DNA of 64,000 nucleotides from Flectonema sp. DT1601 (Eukaryota): assembly GCA_964019425.1 (NCBI GenBank), contig OZ025794.1, positions 124,001 through 188,000 of the forward strand, written 5' to 3'. Below, one piece after another: positions 12,168-23,500 of this stretch. The translations under genes and the position numbers were made by a program. Within the stretch, counting starts at the first letter, position 1, and every line of letters starts with the position of its first letter. The notes beneath the pieces were generated by a model, which made no database searches, had not been told where the DNA came from, and saw only the letters and a program-made list of their open reading frames with translations.

Positions 12168-13541
12168 TTACTTTGTGAGGGTACTTTTGAACTCACGAAG
12201 TCTCTCAAGAGAACACGATGGTAATCCAAATGGCATTTGAATTCCATTTAATTTACAAGTGGCTTCGATAGATCCGAGAAGTTCATTCTTCTCTCGTCTG
12301 ATTGCGAGTTCTTCTGCAGCTTCCTTTGATATTCCAACAGGGACTTGTTGCTGTCTATCGAGAGCGGCCTGTGCTGATTTTGAAAGTGGTGGTGGAGGGC
12401 TTTGTTCTTTTATATTCTTAACAGCATCTTCTGTTGGGTCTTTATGAGATGTTTGTTGAGGAGACGGAGCTGTTGGCTGAGGAGATGGTGCTGTTGGTGA
12501 TGGCGCTGGTTTCTCCGGTTCGCTTATTTTGTTAATTTTCGGAGCATTTCGGTGTTCTAAATTCCGAAGACGAAGACGTCTAAGTTTCTCCATTTCATCT
12601 GTCGGCACATCTGTCGGCACATCAACAGACTGTTGATCATTTTGTGTAGCAATATCTTCTTTAATAGCATTGCTGTCTTGTTGTAGTTGTTTAGTTTTTA
12701 ATTCCGATGTCGATTCCTCTTTTCCTTTCCAACCTTCTTTACTCATTCCTCTACTCTTCTCACAAACAACACGTCTTTCCATCGCTTCGAGTCGTTTCCG
12801 ACGTTCTTCTTCCAAAGATCCAGGGATGGGTGAAGTTTGTTTTTTTTCCTCCGGAGGTGGATCATCTGCTGAACTGGATGACGGTTTCACTGTTGTTGCA
12901 GTTCGTTTACCAGCCATACCTCTATTTTTAGTGGCTGCAGTCCTTGCTTCGAGAGCTTCGAGTCTCTTTCTTCTTTCTTCTGCAATATCTCCATCAGTGG
13001 CGGTGTCACTCTTTGCTGGTGTTGGTGTTGGTGTCTCCTCTTTCTCTTTACAGTCATTCTTTGTTGGTGTCGATGTCTCCTCTTCTTGTTTACATTCTTC
13101 GGAATCTTTCGTCAATGAGGAATCGAACTCCTCAGGAATAGTTTTACTGAGTGTTGACATGATGGCAGTTGGTGTGTCTTCTGTTGGAGGCGGATCATCT
13201 GCTGAACTGGATGACGGTTTCACTGTTGTTGCAGTTCGTTTACCAGCCATACCTCTATTTTTAGTGGCTGCAGTCCTTGCTTCGAGAGCTTCGAGTCTCT
13301 TTCTTCTTTCTTCTGCAACATCTTCATCAGCTGCGGTGTCATTCTTTGTTGGTGTTGGTGTCTCCTCTTTCTCTTTACAATCATTCTTTGTTGGTGTTGT
13401 TGCTTTAGTTTGATTGCAATCTTTTGTGCCTTTTGCTTGCCATCCTTTCTTACTCATCCCTCTGGAATTTGCAACCCCCGCACGCGCTTCAATGGCGCGG
13501 AGGCGTTTTTGGCGTTCGAGTTCCTCTGGAGACTCTGACAT
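12168..13541 (-). CDS. Low-complexity protein with repeated SVIP/VIM-like helices
   Basis: 457-aa ORF with repeated EERRKRLEA(L/M)E(A/R)R...RGM motifs and an internal DNA duplication. Confidence 0.75.
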   Translation of the reverse strand: MSESPEELERQKRLRAIEARAGVANSRGMSKKGWQAKGTKDCNQTKATTPTKNDCKEKEETPTPTKNDTAADEDVAEERRKRLEALEARTAATKNRGMAGKRTATTVKPSSSSADDPPPTEDTPTAIMSTLSKTIPEEFDSSLTKDSEECKQEEETSTPTKNDCKEKEETPTPTPAKSDTATDGDIAEERRKRLEALEARTAATKNRGMAGKRTATTVKPSSSSADDPPPEEKKQTSPIPGSLEEERRKRLEAMERRVVCEKSRGMSKEGWKGKEESTSELKTKQLQQDSNAIKEDIATQNDQQSVDVPTDVPTDEMEKLRRLRLRNLEHRNAPKINKISEPEKPAPSPTAPSPQPTAPSPQQTSHKDPTEDAVKNIKEQSPPPPLSKSAQAALDRQQQVPVGISKEAAEELAIRREKNELLGSIEATCKLNGIQMPFGLPSCSLERLREFKSTLTK

Positions 13542-13890
13542 TGCTATAAAAATTTGTTAAGAAAAACATTATAAAATAGAAGGCAACAAACTGTAGTAGA
13601 ACCAAGTACAAAACGGTCGACAGAAAGGCTTTTTAAAATAAAAAATAAAAAAAAGGGCAACGAAACTAACTTACCCCTCCTTTTTTGAGATAAATTGCAA
13701 ACATGTGTTGTGTAGTAATCGACAAGCATTTTATTGTTTCCACAGAAAATGTGATAGAAATACAACAAAGAGGGTTATATTTAATTTCGATAAAACAGCA
13801 GAAATCGGTTCTTTTTGAGATCCGGGGGGGCACAACAGACACTCACTAAATTCACGTGATCACAATAGCTTTTCTCAAATTGCAAGTAAT

Positions 13891-14035
13891 ATAACACTTT
13901 GGTGATGCTTTGTTTGTGTCACGAAACCCGTGAACCGACTAAAACTGATAAAGCTAAAGGAGGTTTATGTGTGCTGCCCAACATTCTTTTTCGCTCTTAC
14001 AATACTTGTTAAATGCAAAAAAAAAAAAAAAAAAA
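13891..14035 (+). repeat. Dispersed repeat family A, copy 2 (longest, with A tail)
   Basis: Near-identical core ending aatacttgttaaatgc(A)19. Confidence 0.9.
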
Positions 14036-14228
14036 TCATATTACTACACGGTATTGTCGAAAACGAGACACAGAATAACTTCAACGAAAAGATTCAATTC
14101 ACACAGAAATAACTGCGAGGATACCACAGTAAAGCGGTGAGTACTTTGAGAGTTAGATCAAAGAACACGAATGCTTTTTTTTCTTTTTTTTATTAAAGAA
14201 ACCATACAAGAATACTTTAGGGAGAGTA

Positions 14229-15116
14229 CTACATTGGCTCAGGATATGCCCTCGATGGTCTTTTGTACAATCCCTGACGAGTGATGTAAGCGAGGACTCC
14301 CGTAGGGACTAAACCATCAGCAGAAGTTAGGTGGCTGCCAGCTACGAATTCTCTTACCTGTTCTGAGACGGCAACTCGTTTTCTAATTTCAGTAGAACTG
14401 ACATTCGAATCAACGTAATTCATTCCATGAGGAAGTGACAGTACTGAGAAACGAGGCCCAAAGACTGACAAATTCTCAGGAAGATCATACCCAGGACGTT
14501 TGATTATTAAAAAATCAAACTCCGAAACAAGTTTCTCACCTGTCTCACCTTCTCTCGAAGTCCAATGCCGCAAGTCTTGCCCAGACTGAAGCCAATCAGA
14601 TCCTACTACAAACATAAAATCAACACCTGGGTTTTGAGCTCGTAGGGATGATAGCATATCATAAGTTGCCAGAGATTTTGGTTCAAAAACCTCAATATTT
14701 GATACTTTAACAGGGAAGCCAGGAGAGAATGAAGTGTTTACTGCTATTTGTAACATCACGTAACGATCAATGGCTGCAGTTCCCATCTTTGGTTTGTCTG
14801 GTCGCGGACCACAAGGAACCATAAGTACTTCATCAGCGATACCTGAATGCACTATTTCTGCTGCGCAACTTAAATGTCCGTTAGTGACAGGATCAAAAGC
14901 TCCTCCATAGACAGCAACTCGTCTTCGTCTTCTACATCTTGGGCATGTCACATGTGGTACGTGAGATCCTAACACACTGTCTGGACCTAATCCAGGAGGT
15001 GGACCAACACTTTGTCTATGAACACCTGGTGGGACTCCCTTAGCGTATAGCACAGCATTAGCAGTGGCCCATCCACCAGCAACTCCAGCAGCGCTCATTA
15101 CCATTTTGCGGAACAT
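14229..15116 (-). CDS. nadD: Nicotinate/nicotinamide mononucleotide adenylyltransferase
   Basis: YGGAFDPVTNGH (T/HxGH), FVVGSDW and VSSTEIR motifs; N-terminal hydrophobic extension. Confidence 0.9.
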   Translation of the reverse strand: MFRKMVMSAAGVAGGWATANAVLYAKGVPPGVHRQSVGPPPGLGPDSVLGSHVPHVTCPRCRRRRRVAVYGGAFDPVTNGHLSCAAEIVHSGIADEVLMVPCGPRPDKPKMGTAAIDRYVMLQIAVNTSFSPGFPVKVSNIEVFEPKSLATYDMLSSLRAQNPGVDFMFVVGSDWLQSGQDLRHWTSREGETGEKLVSEFDFLIIKRPGYDLPENLSVFGPRFSVLSLPHGMNYVDSNVSSTEIRKRVAVSEQVREFVAGSHLTSADGLVPTGVLAYITRQGLYKRPSRAYPEPM

Positions 15117-17167
15117 TTATTTTTTCCCTCCCCCTGTAAATATAATAAGTTCCTTATTATCATTCTGAATACTTTCACATGTCTACCCTGCTTGCTGTCA
15201 GGATGAACCTTGAGTCCTCTCAGCTCATCACGCGTTGTTAGTCGCGCTTACCAGAAGAGGAAGATAAACAATGAAAAAAGGGAAAGAAAAAAAAAATCAC
15301 AGAGGAAATAGGGAAAAATGTGTTTTTTCCCAGCACAGCATCACGTCTGCTAATAAGTCCCACGTAGGAACGAGTTGCCGATGTGCGGGTTGTGCTAATG
15401 TTTTGTTCTTTTTATTTCTTTCTTTTTTTTTTTTTGATCAATTTTCTTTTCTTTTTATTTGCTGGTTAAAAGGTGATCGCTCATCAATTAAAGAAGAACG
15501 ACCTCACTCACTCGAAAATGGGCGCCGGTGATTGGCCTACTAACCATCACGGATCGACCAATTGGAATTACTACAAAATATTTATTACCCATGTGAGTTT
15601 TGGATATTCTCGCTGAGTGAATTTCCTCTTTTTTTTTTTTTTTTTTTTGCTCCCTTGTTCTTGCCTCCCATTAGCTAACTACACAAAAAGAAAAATGCAG
15701 AGGGAAATAGTACGTCGTTATCTACACATGACGAGGTACATTGAAGAGGAAGACGGTGAATAATAATAATAATAAATAATAATTAGCTAGTTAAGCAAAA
15801 TACAGAACTGATGACTACGAGGGGTCTGGGTAGCATCAGTAACGACCCAATCGAAGATTGTAGTTTTATAGCTTCGGCTAGAAGTGATCGACCTCCAGCT
15901 CCCACCTTGCCCAGAGGCTAACAGGTTGAAAACAACTAAAGAAAATAAAAGAGAAATTGGTCTGGGAGTGGAGGGGAAGATGAAATAATAAAAAAATCTT
16001 TTTTTATTCCAAACTACAGCATCTTTCTTTATAATACGACCATACGTGCCATATGCCCACATACCACGAAAGAAAATAGAATTCCCCGGAACAGTACCGA
16101 GGATCGTTCACTCTCAGTTGCCCAAAGCATTATAATTGTACTGTGGGTTTACAGAAAGCTTTAGAAAAAGTACCACAAAAATTGGGCAGCACCATAGCCA
16201 TATCACTCAGCAAGAAATGAAAGCAAAAGGATCAGGTAAGATGACAGTCAGTTTATGGTCATAACTGCGCCGGACCAAATAATAAAAACTATGCAAAGAA
16301 GAAGACAACAGAATTCTTTACCAGTTAATTGTATTTATTTCTTACATAGTTTTCATTTATGAATGGATGATGTTGGAAACGAGATAGAAAATTTCGGGTT
16401 TTTTTTTTTTTTTTTAGTAAAGTCATCGCTAGGACAACATAAGCGGTTCAGTACTTCGGAAACTCTAATACTTTATTTTTTTTTTTTTATTTTTTTTTTA
16501 AGACCTCCGACCTAAGTTAGTTTTTCAGCTAAAGCTGCAAGGGAATAAACACACATTCAAAAACAACAAGAAAAATAATTGTCTCAACTCCTTCCACACA
16601 GAAGAATTCAATTTTTTCTCTCTTCTTTTTTTTTTTTTTTTTTTGTTGAAATAAAAACACAACACAGAGGAGAGCGAAACAACAGCTGATTATCGGAGTC
16701 AGATAGAACTACGAGTTTTATTGTATTTTTAAAAAAAAAAAAACAGATAATGAAAACATGAAATGCCGTTCAACACAACACCAGTCGAATACGTAGTTTC
16801 AGGAGCCTTAATCTTCCCTTTTTTTTTTTTTTGCCTATTGGTAAGGTTTAGGGATTTTAGTCAGTTATTTGGGTAATTCAGCAACAGAAGAACATGGTAC
16901 ATATCAAAAAAATTCAGTGCCAAGGTTAACTATAAATTAACAATAGTTCACAGGTACAGTATCGGGGGGGAATAATAAAAAAAAACTAAAAAATATAAAA
17001 TAAATCTGAAAAATTAAGCAAAACTTAAGTGAGGGTTGGCACCTAGAAACCTAGACCGCCTTAGTTCCCTACATATTGCCAACAGATATTGTTTTTTAAC
17101 TTTAACTTTTATTTTTTTTTTTTTGAGGGAGATATTCAAAACGTCGCAAATAAATAGTTTTAACTTG

Positions 17168-17203
<36 letters not shown>

Positions 17204-17935
17204 CGACGAACGCCTGTCGTGAGTAGAAGGACTACGGTCAATAAGAATCCGAAGCTGGCTTTTTTTTTTTTTTTTTTTTTCTTTTTTTTTTCTCTAGTTT
17301 TAAAAACTTTTACTTCTTCCATATCTGGTTCCCACTCTGCTAAGTGGGAAAAACAAAATTAGTACAACACCGGGTGTGATGAACTTAAAGAGAGGAACAG
17401 AAAACACACATATGAGTTAATGATCATAGCTGCCTAAGCTTAACGTTTTTTTTTTCTTCTTCCCCTCTCTTCATCTTCTCTCCGTCCATCATCCAAAACA
17501 AAAATTCAAAAAACAAATCAGGTAGGAACTAAAAGCAATATAACCACGTAGCACATTAAAAAAAAAAAAACAATTCCGATACCTGAAGTGTCTTTGAAGA
17601 AGAAAACAAATAGATCGCAAGAGAAGGTCTCAAAAAAAAAAAAAAAACGATTCACTCAGGCAGGATAAAAAACATAACTCGATGTATTTTTTTTTTTTTT
17701 TTTTTTTGAATTGATCAAATGTGATTTCCTTCACCGTACAAACAATATAAAGGTTTACACGGTAAGGAAGCACTTAAAGCTACTTCTAAAGCAGCTTTTC
17801 TTTTACAGAAACTGATGCATCATCCTACCTTGGGAGAAAAATACTTTATTCATATTCAAAAACATTCTTTTTGTTTAAAAGAAAATAAAAAAAATAAAAA
17901 TGATAAAGACAAGAAACCAACGGCAATCCAGCAAT

Positions 17936-20069
17936 CTACTGAAATGTTTTTCCCTTGAGAGCGAGGATGTATGCTGCTAAGGTACGGAAGAGGATGAAGA
18001 AAACAAACATCATAATTACGTACCAATACCAGAGATCACGGTTGATTCCGTCATTGCTGATGATCTCACCGACTATTTCTTCACGATCATTTGGAACGGC
18101 ACTGCTGGCGAATTCAATAGCAATAGTGAGAGAGATGCTGTATCTGAGTGGACATATGTATTGGATCCAACGCATCCAGACCGGAACACTCTCAATCGCT
18201 ACGAAGAATCCAGAAAACATAATTTGAGGTACAAATGTAGCCGGAACCAAATTCACGGCAGTCTGAGCCTTGCTAACCAACGAAGCTAACAAGAATGATG
18301 TGCTTGCACTGACCATACACAACAATGATACATTTAATCCTAACAAAGGGAATAGACCATTAAATCCAACTAAGAAGTATGACACAAACATACACGACAA
18401 TCCCGTCATGATATGAGTTGGAATTTCTACCACAGTCTTTGCCATTACATATGCGAAACTTGAGTAGGTTCCTATTTGTTTGTTTGTTTGTTTGTTTGTT
18501 TGTTTGTTTGTTTGTTTTTTAAACAGAAAATCATTACATTAGTTCCAAGTGGACAACCTAAACTCATGAAGGAGCAATCCTTTTCCCAAAGTTACGAATC
18601 TATTACACAACACACATACCTGAGGTATACTCTCTAAGAAACACAGGTCTTTGACTAGGAAAGGACAGTAGAATAGGCTGTGCCGCATTAAACATGCAGT
18701 TTAATACAACAAACGCGACTGCCTGTCGATGATCGTTGACAGATTGTAAGATGTCATCAGTATCATTATCGTCACCCCATTCTTTACCAGCTTGAAAGAA
18801 GATAAGTGATGTGATAACAGTCAATACTATTCCAATGACATAACCAGCAATGAATGAAGTCTTGTCGCGTAAGTACATCTTTGCTTCTCTCTTTGCAAGC
18901 TCCTTAACTTGAAGCATCAACGGTGGTCTTGTATCAGCTCTTTGGCTTACATCTTGCTGTTGTAACGTAGAGTTATTCAAGTATGAGCCTCTCTTTGGAG
19001 TGGTAACTCTGAGTAAAGGCGCAACTTCTTCATCAGTCATGGTCTGTAAGTGAAACATTGCAAAATCAGAAGGATTATAGTTGTCCTTGCATATGTAACC
19101 TGCCTCAGCAAAGTGAGGGATCAAATCATCACTCGGACCGTCAAATACCTGTTTTCCTTTTCTTAATAGGATTGCTCTATGAAAAATCTCAAAAACTTCA
19201 CTGCTTGGCTGATGGATGGTACAAATTACGGCACAGCCTGACAATGCGAGTCTCTTCAGCGTTTTTACCAATTCCATGGCAGAGTGTGAGTCCAATCCAG
19301 AAGTCGGTTCATCCAGGAATATTAAAGCTGGTGAAGATAGAAGCTCTACTGCGACTGCGACTCTCTTCTTCTCCTGTTTTTGGTTTTCTTCGTTCTTTTT
19401 TCTTCTTAAATCCCGAGAAGAAAACATTATAAAAACAAATCCTTAAAAGTGTAAAGATGGATACACGTTGACCCCGTCGCGTATCTCGTGGGTAGTCAAA
19501 TAAAAAGAAATAATAATAATACACACCCCACCAGAGACTCCAGGGAGTAGGTCACTTCCAATCAGAGTTGTTCGACACCTCTCAAGTCCGAGAGTTTTGA
19601 TAGCCGAGTCGACAATGTCAGTTCGTTCTTCCTTACCAGCATCTGGATATCTAAGTCTGGCAGTGAAGTGAAGACATTCTTCAACTGTTTGAGTTGGAAA
19701 CAGTGCATCTTGTTGCATCACATATGCCATTCTTGATCTGTACGAAATCGGTGATACTGTTTCACCATTAAGTTTAATATTTCCAGTTAGCTCACCATAA
19801 GGAGCTCTACCAGCGAGGGCATTTAAAAGAGTACTTTTTCCAGCACCAGATGGTCCCATGATGGCAGTTAATTCACCAGGTCTCAATTCAGAGGATATTC
19901 CATCTAAAATGGTTGTAGTTTCCTCTTTAGATTTTACCGAAAATGATAAATTATTCCATTGAAGATGCATTTGGTCTGCTGCAGCGACTCTGGTGTCTCC
20001 AGCAAAGGGAGATCCTCGTTGGGAAGTTTCTGACTTCTGTGATCCCTCTGAGTGGTTTGAACGCGGCAT
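17936..20069 (-). CDS. ABCG (White-type) half transporter; exons 20069-19527, 19373-18620, 18471-17936
   Basis: Walker A GPSGAGKST; signature VSGG|EKKRV restored across intron 19374..19526; LDEPTSGLD; TIHQPSSE; FLREYTSG|TYS across intron 18472..18619; C-terminal TM domain. Confidence 0.95.
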
Positions 20070-20525
20070 CTTTTCAGATATCTAAAAAAAAATTAAAAAA
20101 AAATGATTCCACTTTTAACCAACAAAACAACGTTCTCGAAAGCTAAAACGGCATTGGCCATCCCACTCCTCCCTCCAAATTCTGATAAGTCTATTTTCAG
20201 TTTTCCCCTCCCCTCTACCTATATAACTAAATATTTATCTAAGGAAATTAAAGAATACTTCATTTGCTAATTTGGGTTCAATTCTGTTGCAATAACACAA
20301 CATGGATGTGATAATGAAACATTAAAACCATTCAGATTAGCTTCTTATTGAGTTGAACGCAGACAGAATCCTGTCACACGGGGGAAATAAATCACAAGAC
20401 CACAAGAAATATCGGTTTTCCAATCTGAATAGTTTCTTCTCCAACTAAATAACAAAACACACTGTTTTCTTTTTTTTTTTTTTTTTTTTTCTCTCCAACA
20501 CGAGGCAAGACCACAAATTAAACAA

Positions 20526-20565
<40 letters not shown>

Positions 20566-20589
20566 TTGCCACTACATTGGCGTTTGACA

Positions 20590-23500
20590 TCAGTGGAGTT
20601 CGAAATTTAATTCAGAACCAGGATCAACAAGCATTTGATATTTTTTATACTTAATAATCCAAGGAGTAGCTTTGTTTGGCAACATTAGAAAATAATTATT
20701 CATAGCTGCTCTAAATCGTTCTTTGTATTTTGTTGGGTCGACAACAGTTGGTTGCTGTCCTCTTCCTCCCATTATACCGGAGGACTTGACCACCCATTCA
20801 ACTTGTTTTTTTAAATCATATTCCCTCATGTAATCTATTATTCCCATGTAGATTTCTTTTTTCGTATCATCGAGTCCCAGCAACATGGAATAGTCCATAA
20901 TTTGGTTTCTTTTGAGCATTAGTGTGTCGTTGTGAACTCCTACTGCGAGTCGTTCTTTTGAGTCTTCTTTTGTAAAAAGCCAATCACCATCTCTCAAAAG
21001 GAGCAGTAAATTTTCATCAAGTAAAACAGCTGTTTGATCTGCTTGAAATCGATTTCTACGCGAACCTTTTAAATCGAACATCCGATCAACTTTTCTATTG
21101 TAGAACAAGTTTTCCATTAGTAACCAACTGTTTGGAGCATGTCCTTCAGTTTTTGGAACCTGAATTTTAAAAACTCCCAAAATCTTAATTAAAAGTGATG
21201 GCATTTTCTTCTTAATAGCTCTAGCAACATATTGAAAATATCTTTTTGACATTGTTTGCTCAAAGTAAGTTACCTCTTCTTGTTTAATTGCTTTTAAAAC
21301 GAATCTACCATCTCTAGTTTTGTAATAGGAAGCACCAGTACGTCCTCCGGTAGGTGAGAATGGAATACACCTGCTAAGAGAAGCAATAAAAGTAGACTCA
21401 TCACCATCACAGTAGTACTGTCTAAGAGCTGCGAATTGCCTTGCGCATAAAACCGTACATGCGAATCTAAGATGAGGTTGTTGTTTTGTTTTAGTCGCAT
21501 CAGTTGGATGTATTTCTTCAAATTCTTTGATCTCAACTCTTCTCATCTTTTCACCCAGTACTTCTAAAAGTGATTCAATACTACCTGAACCACTTGTTGA
21601 ATGTATTCTACCTAAAGGAAGTGGTTTTATTGGTGTTGATTCCTTTCGTGGGATACTTGATGTGCTGGTTCCAAAATCAATAGAACGTGAAGACGTTGCC
21701 ATCAAATCATTTGGATGAACAGCAGGCGACGCTATAGAAAAATCCGCTGAAGCCAACAACGAATTAAGCGGAGACTGAGGCCTCTCACCATCAGTTGAAT
21801 AATCAACTGTCGTACTTCTTGATATCGGCTGTGGTTTAGGACTTGGTGGGGGTGAATAACCTCCTCCAAGAACAGGTGCAGCAAACCCTGATTGACTAGC
21901 TCTAGGCATCCTTGTTGATCCTGGTGGTGTTGGTGGTTGACAAGCTTTCTTATACTGGTCACTACACAAAGTGTATGATATTACAGAAGTTGGTTCATCG
22001 AGTCTTACTATTACTGTTAAACCATCAACACCAGCTGCGAGGTTTAATAAACTGTTTTTTGATGTATTTCCGATTGAATTCAACATTGGAGTTGACAGCT
22101 TACCAGACGACTTTGAATTTAATGGCAACGATCCGCTACTTTGATGTGGTTGTGATACCTTCCTACCAACTGGAATCGAACCTGAATGCTGCAGCTTATC
22201 GAAATCTAATGAGTTTTGCGGACTGTGAATTCTCCCGAATGTCGATTGGCTGTAAGTGAGAACTTCATTTTCAAGAATAAAAGGACTTTCTTGAGGTGGA
22301 GTTAAAGTACCAGATGCATGTGGTGCCATTGGACTACTAAGAAACCCTTGAGTAGTACCACTGTTAACATTAGTTGGTGAATCAAGAGCTTCAAAGGGAA
22401 GATCATTACTGAGAGTAGCAGATCTGTCATGACCATCCTTTCGGATTAATCTCATCCATGGTTTCTTCTTCTGATTTGTTAATTGAGGTTGTGATGCTGA
22501 TAAGCTGAGTAAAGTAGCTGATGATGTGTTTGCATCTGGAGAGAATCCACCTGAAGCGTTCATACTCGCATCTGTTGCTGTTGTTGGTATCACACCTTGA
22601 GAAGTGCTAGTGCTTCCACTTAGAGGAATTTGCATAAAAGTCGTGTGTTTTTCCTGAAGAGTTCTCCTCCATCCCATTAACGAACTGTGAAGTGATTTTC
22701 TCATCGAATTCAGTTCCATCACAGTAAGTGCTGACAACGATGATCCGAATCGAAGTTTATTTGCTACCTCAGCGATCGCAAGGGATTCCTTCGACATTCG
22801 AGTTCGTAACACACTCACTTCATCTTGATAAATTGGGATTTGTGATTCTAACTCGTCAAGTCCTTCTCTTACTGCAGTATACCCCTGAGTGATACTCTCA
22901 ATTAGGTCTCTATATTCAGAATCGATAAAGTTATTAAAGACTGTGGTGTCGTACTTAATTTCCAATTCAGGAAACTCTAAAGTATAAATCTCAACCGGAC
23001 TATAATCAAACTTAACCTGAACGTTAACATTCTTACCACTTGGTAGATAAACTGATTGACCAAAACAACGAACCATATCTCTGTGGAGGCTGTGTCCACA
23101 TCTTCTTGATACTACATTTGAATTGTAGAAGGAGGTTTCTAAAAACTTTCCAAAACTATAACTCAAAGTGTGTCGACTGCATTCAACTCGCGGTGAAGCA
23201 GCAGATTCACATTTCTTACAATACGACCACATTAGTACTAAGTCGGATGAGAATTCTTCATCTGGAACTTGTTCAGCGATTACAGTTAGACGACCTTTAT
23301 TATGACTGTATTGGCGTACTGGTAATCCAGACCCAGGGGTCGAAGCCAAACTAAAGTATTCTGCCAAATAAAAAATCAACGGCGTATCCGATCCTTTATT
23401 ACGTGATATTTTGTAGTATTCGAGAACAAGTTTTTTGAACTCTCTCGCGGCATCTCCAGGCATCTGAAGAGTAGATTCTGGAGGACGCATTGCAGCATCA

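Noticed and set aside
12670..13413. 247-aa plus-strand ORF
   Set aside because: Antisense shadow of the repetitive minus-strand gene
15806..15842. CTGATGA hammerhead-like core (also near 4272, 44611 and a variant at 48583)
   Set aside because: No correctly placed GAAA and three-stem junction; at 15806 the motif is simply one arm of a hairpin
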